Assembly (NCBI RefSeq): GCF_000007225.1
Contig: NC_003364.1
Coordinates: forward strand, 570,001-602,000
Origin: Pyrobaculum aerophilum str. IM2
GTDB lineage: Archaea > Thermoproteota > Thermoprotei > Thermoproteales > Thermoproteaceae
Length of the DNA: 32,000 nucleotides
Reading direction: 5' to 3'
The position numbers were made by a program, and so were the translations under genes. Below the pieces are notes generated by a model. It worked only from the letters and a program-made list of their open reading frames with translations, was not told where the DNA came from and did no database searches. Each line of letters begins with the position of its first letter. Positions within the stretch are counted from its first letter, which is position 1. Shown in pieces: positions 26,185-32,000 of this stretch.

Positions 26185-26731
26185 GACAACGAGAAAATAA
26201 TGAGTTTAAATACAAGCGGTGGCGGCGGACCCTCGTACAACAGTTTTACGCTCCTAAACCTCTTTGCGCCGCGTGCGCGCTTTGTTGCCGCGCCGTAGGG
26301 CGGTACACAGCGAAAACACGCCCCCCTCTCGCCCCCTGCCTACCGCGCCAAAAGGCGCTTTGCGCGGGACAACCTCAGCCAAACCTGGGCAAGAAATTGT
26401 TCACTATGAAGAAGGACGAATTTGCGGCCAGGCAAAACTTTAAGTTAATTCACATTTATATCAGGTTTTTACTGTGGCATGTTAGAGTCGCTGATACTAT
26501 TAACATACTTTGGCGCGGAGCTGTGCGGGCGGGAGTGCGGGGGCGGGCGTGCCGTTGTTGCTGGGGATTACGACGCCGTGCTAAATGCTGTAAACTGCGC
26601 CGCGGGAGGTTTTTGAGAGTACTTTGGGGATTAACGTCGTGTTTGTAGCCTACGGAGGCTGAATTAAAAAGCCCTAACGCGCGCCTGTGGAGTATTGCAA
26701 TGAGAAACTCATAAATAGATATACTGTAGCG

Positions 26732-27478
26732 ATGGCGATGGACCCTTATCTCTTCGCCGTGCCGTCTATAGCAGCTCTCGCCGCCCTTGCGCTGAGAAAA
26801 GGCTATTTGACGCCGAGGGGCGCCGTGTCGGCCACAGTGGTGGGCTCCGCAGTGGCCGTGGCCCATATGGGCCTATTCGCCTTGTTGACGTTTTTCTTTG
26901 TAACCTCCTCTCTTTTTACTAAACTCAAGGCCCAGTGGAAGAGGGAGATGGGGCTTAAGGACGTGGCCGGCCGGTCGTTGCGGCAGGTGGTGGGAGTCGG
27001 CACGCCAATTGCAGTTTTTGCCGTGATGTATTTAGCAACGGGAGACTCTAAATTCCTTGGCGCGTCGGCAGTTGCAGTGGCCGTGGCGACGGCGGATACT
27101 TGGGCAAGCGAGCTGGGAGTGGCTTACGGCGGAGTGCCCCGGTATATACTGGCGCCTTGGAGGCGGGTAGAGCGGGGGGTCTCGGGCGGGGTGACTCCCG
27201 TGGGCACCGCGGCCTCTGTCGCCGGCGCTTTTGCAATAGCCCTGTTGTCTCCCCTTGTGGGGGTAGGAGGCCCCGTCGTTGCCATAGCGGCGCTCGGCTA
27301 CCTCGGGGAGTTGCTCGATAGTGTGCTGGGAGCCACGTTGCAGACGAAATATATATGCGGCGGGAGAATTACCGAGACGCCGTCTAGCGGCTGTGTGAAG
27401 CGCGGTTTTTTGTCAAACGAGGCGGTTAATCTTATCACCGGCATTGCCATGGGGTTGCTCTATCTGGCAATTGTTTAA
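26732..27478 (+). CDS. DUF92 / COG1836 integral membrane protein (family of plant VTE6 phytyl-phosphate kinase)
   Basis: It is multi-TM and carries the family motif ATADTWASELG. The start is ATG 26732 or 26738 (CATAAATA is centred 24.5 nt before 26738). The track start at 26687 is probably too early. Confidence 0.75.
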   Translation: MAMDPYLFAVPSIAALAALALRKGYLTPRGAVSATVVGSAVAVAHMGLFALLTFFFVTSSLFTKLKAQWKREMGLKDVAGRSLRQVVGVGTPIAVFAVMYLATGDSKFLGASAVAVAVATADTWASELGVAYGGVPRYILAPWRRVERGVSGGVTPVGTAASVAGAFAIALLSPLVGVGGPVVAIAALGYLGELLDSVLGATLQTKYICGGRITETPSSGCVKRGFLSNEAVNLITGIAMGLLYLAIV

Positions 27479-27500
27479 ATACTGGGAGTAAGTAAGTTAC

Positions 27501-27911
27501 ATGAAGGTCTACGTCGAGGAGCTCCGCGTATCTACCCGATCGCAAGAGGATATAGTCGTCATTACAGAGCAAGTTGAGCGCGTCGTGGAGAAGAGCGGCG
27601 TGAAAAACGGGCTGGCGCTTATATACTTGCCCCACGCCACGGCTATAGTAACGGCTAATGAAAACGAGCCCCGGCTGAAGGATGACATTTTGAATAAAGT
27701 TAGGGCCTTATTTCCTCGCGGCGCCGGCTACCGACACGACGAAATTGACGACAACGCCAACGCCCACTTAGCCAATATCTTCCTCGGCTTCCACGTCGTA
27801 ATGCCGGTAGTCGGTGGGAAGCTGAGAAGGGGGACGTGGCAGGAGTTAATGCTGATAGAAATGGACGGTCCCCGCAGTAGGAATGTGGTAGTGGTCGTAA
27901 TCGGGGATTAA
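27501..27911 (+). CDS. YjbQ / UPF0047 family protein (secondary thiamine-phosphate synthase)
   Basis: VITEQVERVVEKSGVKNGLALIYLPHATAIVTANE...NANAHL...GTWQELMLIEMDGPR follows the YjbQ family pattern. Confidence 0.85.
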   Translation: MKVYVEELRVSTRSQEDIVVITEQVERVVEKSGVKNGLALIYLPHATAIVTANENEPRLKDDILNKVRALFPRGAGYRHDEIDDNANAHLANIFLGFHVVMPVVGGKLRRGTWQELMLIEMDGPRSRNVVVVVIGD

Positions 27912-28008
27912 AAGCCCTGCGGCCAATACAGGGATACTACAGGAAGCGGGATATCACCTAGAGGCCGAGTTGTGCGGTGGGGTTAAATTTTTCCCCTACA
28001 AGACCTAC

Positions 28009-28341
28009 ATGAACTATCGTTTTAACCTCTCTGACTTCAAATCAGTGTTGAAAACTGTGTACACGGGGATGCAGAAAATAGTGGGGGAGGCCAGGGGCTC
28101 CTGCGTCTCGTTCACCCCGAGGAAAGTGCTTGAGTTCGGAGGCGTTGACACAACGGCGCCTGTGGCCCTCACCCTGGTAAAACACATTCTTGAAAAACTG
28201 GTGGAAGCAGGTTTTATGCAGAGGGATGACTCCAGGGCGAGGACTAGATACGTCTTGTGTAAAAACTCACCTCTCTGGCAGAAGCTGAGGGGCGGGGATT
28301 CAGAGACGCTGGCCCTTCTAGAAGCTGTTACCTCTGAGTAA
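28009..28341 (+). CDS. hypothetical small protein, possible winged helix
   Basis: ATG 28009 has TTAAATTTTT about 22 nt upstream. LTLVKHILEKLVEAGFMQRDDSRARTRYVL looks like a recognition helix plus wing. Confidence 0.5.
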   Translation: MNYRFNLSDFKSVLKTVYTGMQKIVGEARGSCVSFTPRKVLEFGGVDTTAPVALTLVKHILEKLVEAGFMQRDDSRARTRYVLCKNSPLWQKLRGGDSETLALLEAVTSE

Positions 28342-28522
28342 GAGCGCTTCCCGCACGGCGGCTGGCAGAGGCGCCAAGCCCCCTCTGCTGTTCAAAGGCC
28401 GCCTGTAGCTCTACACGTGTCCTAACCGCTTCCACCGCACGGGCCGCCTCTATCCAGCCGTCAACCGCCTCGCGCCTGAGATACGCCCCGTCTGGCGCGT
28501 CGTACACACAGAAAACGGCCAT
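28328..28522 (-). CDS. questionable 64-aa ORF
   Basis: It has an ATG start and a protein-like N-terminal half (MAVFCVYDAPDGAYLRREAVDGWIEAARAVEAV). I can see no TATA box, and the tail is Ala/Arg/Ser-rich. It overlaps the convergent 3' end of the previous gene. Confidence 0.25.
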   Translation of the reverse strand: MAVFCVYDAPDGAYLRREAVDGWIEAARAVEAVRTRVELQAAFEQQRGLGASASRRAGSALTQR

Positions 28523-28939
28523 CTCGCCGCCCGCTTTGCGAAACCTTTTCCCCCGTCGCGAGACGCGACATTGCCTCCACGCTCAATCTCACAGCGTTTC
28601 TTATTCGCTGGTCAGCGTAAACGCAAGGAGAGAGTCGGCGTTAGGTACTGGGGGATTAAACGGAGGAGAGAGGTTAAACGGCCACTACGCGTTGCTACGA
28701 AAGGCGCGGCCAGAGGTCAAAGAGGGCGCCGTGCTGAAGGCGCCGACTGGCGAGGATGTAAAATAGTGCTCCGCCGGCGATCTGCGCCAGTGCAAGGCTC
28801 TGAAAGACGCCGTAGGCCGACGGAGGGGTGGACGGGCGCTATTATGAACTCGCGAGCCGCAGTCCTTGTGCCTAATCGCCACTCCCACCTCACAAGCCTT
28901 ACGGCCGCCCCAGCATAGGTCTTTTTTATAGGATGGGAT

Positions 28940-29793
28940 TTGAATATGGGCGAAAAGGCCTTTCTTAAAGGCCTATTAAATATCTTGGGCGTAGAGGACA
29001 ACGACGTAGTATATATAGACGACTTGGCTATTAAGCTAGATGGATCGGCTGCGTCTACTTCTAAACTCCCGTTTCAGACGTGGCGAGATTTCGGCTGGCG
29101 CAACGTGGCGGCGGCTGTGAGCGATTTAAGAGTGAAATTCGCGGCGCCTCAGTTCCTCTTGGCGTCGGTAACGGCCCCCAGTTTAGAAGTGGCGCGGGAG
29201 ATCATCGAGGGGATTAAAGAGGCGTCAGAGGCCTTTTCTGTAAAATACGTAGGGGGGGATTTAAATCAAGGCGTAGAGGCGGTGGTGGACGTGGCGTTGC
29301 TGGGCAAGGCGCAGTATAGAATAGGGCGAGTCCCGAGGCCGGGGGATTTGCTAATCACAGTGCCTTACTTCGGCTACACTTCAATTGCATATAGGCTTTG
29401 GCAAATAGACCACCCAGCGGTCTTGAGGGGCGTTGAAATGCTCAAACGCCCCGTGCCCAACTGGCCCCTCCCCCGTCCTGAGTGCGTTACCGCGAGTATG
29501 GATTCCTCTGACGGGCTCGCGACGTCTTGTGGACAATGGCCCAGGGCGTTGACATAATAGTCAGAGAGTTGCCAACTACTGAGGAGGTGATACGCTTTGC
29601 CTCAGCCCACGGGCTTTCAGTAGAAGAGCTTGTGTTTAACGGCGGCGAGGAGTACTTGCCTGTATTCGCCGTGAGGCCCCACTGCACCGTTAACCCGCCG
29701 TATGTCGTTTTCGCCGAGGTCTCCCAAGGCGAAGGTAAAGTGTGGTGGAGAGGCGAGGTGTTGAAGTGGAAGGGCTGGAGTTATTTCGCTTAA
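28940..29793 (+). pseudogene. thiL: thiamine-monophosphate kinase, interrupted by a frameshift at 29527
   Basis: GEKAFLKGLL..., VAAAVSDLRVKFAAP, YVGGDL and MDSSDGLATS lie in one frame. LWTMAQGVDIIVRELP...FNGGEEYLPVF lies in the frame offset by -1. T29527 would have to be read twice (ACG TCT | TTG TGG). Confidence 0.75.
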
Positions 29794-29818
29794 GCCGATT
29801 TTAAGGGGGCTAATATTT

Positions 29819-30523
29819 GTGTGGTGGGCGGTATATTTTGTTGCGGTAACCGCAATATTAATAGCTATAGTAGGCGTTTTTTCGATTCTCGCTGACACTT
29901 ACAAAGGCGCTTTGGAGGCCTACAGAATTGCCAAATTCGCAGTGGACCAGTGGAGCTCTCTAAGCTCCCAGCTGAATTACACTATTTGCCTCGCCGCTGA
30001 GTCTTTGGCGAAAAAGGCTCTGGTCAGTCTAAACGCCAGCGTTTATAAGGATCTCGGGCCGATGTTCGCAGAGGCAATGGAAGAAGTCAGGCGGCGCACG
30101 TTGTTAAAACGGCTTAACTACAGCTGGGCCTTTAAGGACGACGTATTCATGTGGAATGCGACTTTTCTCAAGTTCAGGACAAGCGGCGCAGTGGACTGGC
30201 TCAGGCCGACGGAGCTAATAAACAGCGTGGAGGAAATAAAGGCGGCCAGCTTCGACCTCTCCGCGTCTAGTATAGAGGACGTCTTGCGGCCGCTTGTGCC
30301 TAAAAACGCTGTGTTACAGGGAGTAGTTCACGGCTACCTCTACGGCAACGGCACGTATTCGGGGTACTTACAGGGAGAGTACTTGTTAAAAGACAAGACC
30401 CCCCTCCGCTGTATAAACGCAACGCTGTCGGTGTCGTTTACAGCATCTCACTATGCCACGCTAACGGTCAACAGCACCTCTCCGTCTGTTTACATATACT
30501 ATCAAGTTTTTATAGATAATTAA
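29819..30523 (+). CDS. N-terminally anchored extracellular protein, 234 aa, 7 N-glycosylation sequons
   Basis: It has a hydrophobic N-terminus (WWAVYFVAVTAILIAIVGVFSIL) and the sequons NYT, NAS, NYS, NAT, NGT, NAT and NST. I recognise no family. Confidence 0.6.
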   Translation: MWWAVYFVAVTAILIAIVGVFSILADTYKGALEAYRIAKFAVDQWSSLSSQLNYTICLAAESLAKKALVSLNASVYKDLGPMFAEAMEEVRRRTLLKRLNYSWAFKDDVFMWNATFLKFRTSGAVDWLRPTELINSVEEIKAASFDLSASSIEDVLRPLVPKNAVLQGVVHGYLYGNGTYSGYLQGEYLLKDKTPLRCINATLSVSFTASHYATLTVNSTSPSVYIYYQVFIDN

Positions 30524-31191
30524 AGTGTTTTTATTGTGCCGTCTGAGCTGGCCACTAAAATTGTGGCATCTCTCCGCTTGGAGAACACGCCATTTTCGAC
30601 AACCCCTGGAATGGCCTTGAGCTCATCTTCAAGATAAGGGTCAATAAATCCGGGGGGGTTCCAGTCTATAATATAATTCCCGTTGTCTGTGACGACAGGC
30701 CCCAGCTTCCCCCCATCTTGGCGTAGTTTGGCGACGCCGCCAAACCTCTTCTCAACCTCTCTGGCCACAAAACGCCAAGCCCAGGGCACCACCTCCACCG
30801 GCACTGGGTTGTTTGACGGTATTCTCTCCACAAGCTTATGCTCTTCGATCAAAACGACGAATTTCTCAGCGGCATAGTCCACTATTTTCTCCCTCAACAA
30901 CGCCCCTCCCTTCCCCTTCAGCAATACCTTGTCCTTAGTCACTTCATCCGCGCCGTCAACGGCTAGGTCAATTCTATCCACAGCCCACATGGGGCGGAGC
31001 CTGTCCCCCAGCCCTACCTCATACGCCAGTATTTCGCTGTCAGACGAGGTGGCCACTAGCAAGACGTCGTCAACGCCCGCCTCGGCGAGCGCTTTTATGA
31101 ACTCGCGCGCCGTAGTACCTGAGCCGAGCCCCACTACCATTCCGCTCTTTACAAGCCTAATCGCCTCTCTTGCCAACAGCCTCTTCAACAT
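30520..31191 (-). CDS. rpiA: ribose-5-phosphate isomerase A
   Basis: VVGLGSGTTA, AVDGADEV and KGKGGALLREK are RpiA signature blocks. Confidence 0.9.
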   Translation of the reverse strand: MLKRLLAREAIRLVKSGMVVGLGSGTTAREFIKALAEAGVDDVLLVATSSDSEILAYEVGLGDRLRPMWAVDRIDLAVDGADEVTKDKVLLKGKGGALLREKIVDYAAEKFVVLIEEHKLVERIPSNNPVPVEVVPWAWRFVAREVEKRFGGVAKLRQDGGKLGPVVTDNGNYIIDWNPPGFIDPYLEDELKAIPGVVENGVFSKRRDATILVASSDGTIKTL

Positions 31192-31211
31192 AGTGGTTAA
31201 AAAGAACGGGA

Positions 31212-31595
31212 TTATGGGAATGCCTCTGCGGTAACTAAGGCCCTTAACACATCTCTAATACTTATCACCCCGACGACCCGGCCTCCCTCCACCACAGGCA
31301 TGTGCCTAATGTTATTCTCAATCATCTTAGCGGCAGCAGATACAATTGATTCCTCTGGCGACACCGTGATTAAACTCTTCTTGGCCACTTGTTCCAAGGG
31401 TGTCTTTAAGTCGATCTCCTGGGCCAAGAACCTCACAATATCGCGCTCTGTGACAATGCCAACTGGGCGGTTTGCCCTGTCCATCACCACAACGCTGCCC
31501 ACGTTGGCCGCGTACATCTTGGCCACGGCGCACTCAACTGGCTCGTCGGCGTAACAGAAAATCACATTGTCTTTAAGTAAATCTCTTACTTTCAT
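31212..31595 (-). CDS. CBS-domain pair protein
   Basis: Two CBS repeats are present (PVGIVTERDIVR and VVGVISIRDVLR). Confidence 0.85.
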   Translation of the reverse strand: MKVRDLLKDNVIFCYADEPVECAVAKMYAANVGSVVVMDRANRPVGIVTERDIVRFLAQEIDLKTPLEQVAKKSLITVSPEESIVSAAAKMIENNIRHMPVVEGGRVVGVISIRDVLRALVTAEAFP

Positions 31596-31691
31596 TGTAG
31601 AGGAGTTAGCAGAGATATATAAGTATTACTGAGTGTAATGAGTGTACTCAGCAATTGCGAAAAAATTATTAGGTAACATCCCACTCCCCTC

Positions 31692-32000
31692 ATGATAATA
31701 CTTGAGATAGACGTGGAGAGGAGGGCTGTCTCCAGGCGGGAGATAGACGCGTCGGGCCCCGTGGAAGCTGCGCTGGCTATTCACAAAGAGCGGGAGACCT
31801 GGCGCCTAGACCCACTGTCGCCGCAAGTCCCAGTGGTATTCGGCATGGGTCCCTTCGTTGGGGGGAGGTTATACGGCGTGCACAGGCTGATATTTATTTT
31901 CAAAAGCCCCCAGACGGGCACGTTGCACGTCTCGGCGCTAGGGGGGGCCGCCTATAAAGCCATGGGCATGGGCGCACAAGCCGTGTCAATAGTGGGTAGA
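31692..32000 (+). CDS. aldehyde:ferredoxin oxidoreductase family protein (N-terminal 103 codons; runs off the right edge)
   Basis: Absent from the track because no stop lies in the window. My translation reads MIILEIDVERRAVSRREIDA...LDPLSPQVPVVFGMGPFVGGRLYGVHRLIFIFKSPQTGTLHVSALGGAAYKAMGMGAQAVSIVGR. This matches the AOR N-terminal domain pattern (DPLxPxNxLxFxxGPxxG...SPxTG...GGxxG). AAAAATTATT is centred 26.5 nt upstream. Confidence 0.8.
   Translation, partial: MIILEIDVERRAVSRREIDASGPVEAALAIHKERETWRLDPLSPQVPVVFGMGPFVGGRLYGVHRLIFIFKSPQTGTLHVSALGGAAYKAMGMGAQAVSIVGR

Noticed and set aside
26397-26866. Track ORFs 26397..26648 (+, 83 aa) and 26456..26866 (-, 136 aa)
   Set aside because: They overlap each other, have Arg/Cys/His-rich non-protein-like composition, and lack properly spaced promoters. 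The minus-strand ORF also overlaps the DUF92 start.
28711-28745. AGGTCAAAGAGGGCGCCGTGCTGA, which resembles the human SRP RNA segment AGGUCAAAACUCCCGUGCUGA
   Set aside because: There is no adjacent GNAR tetraloop with the AGCA motif, and I could find no 5'/3' long-range helix. The GGCGCC...GGCGCC part simply forms a local hairpin. It remains part of the ORF-poor-gap finding only.

Overview
By gene content and style this window looks like chromosomal DNA from a Pyrobaculum/Thermoproteus-like crenarchaeon. Supporting signs are a PaREP1-family gene, a CRISPR repeat whose reverse complement ends in ATTGAAAC, A/T-rich TATA boxes centred about 22-27 nt upstream of most start codons (leaderless mRNAs), and many 1-8 nt start/stop overlaps. 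The core genes I recognise are purA (partial), a split histidine cluster (hisE-hisD-hisF divergent from hisB-hisA), rtcB, an S9 peptidase, gatD, an HD hydrolase, a ZPR1-type zinc-finger protein, isopentenyl phosphate kinase with a GGPP synthase, a DUF92 membrane protein, YjbQ, a frameshifted thiL, rpiA, a CBS-pair protein and the start of an aldehyde:ferredoxin oxidoreductase. Between these lie accessory or unexplained pieces. (1) Two paralogous, oppositely oriented two-gene modules (4389-7303 on the minus strand, 14454-17178 on the plus strand). Each encodes a large sequon-rich surface protein plus an overlapping small polytopic membrane protein, and the second is followed by a class-III-signal pilin-like ORF. 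This is my best candidate for an undescribed system. (2) A low-GC two-gene islet (about 11.7-12.7 kb) with palindromic TATA-centred elements. (3) A decaying UPF0175/PIN-like toxin-antitoxin locus next to PaREP1. (4) An 8-repeat CRISPR array with no cas genes in the window, flanked by about 570 bp of ORF-free DNA. (5) Two further GC-rich ORF-poor gaps (26.2-26.7 kb and 28.3-28.9 kb). All calls come from reading the ORF track and sequence by eye. No database search was run, so family assignments rest on remembered motifs.
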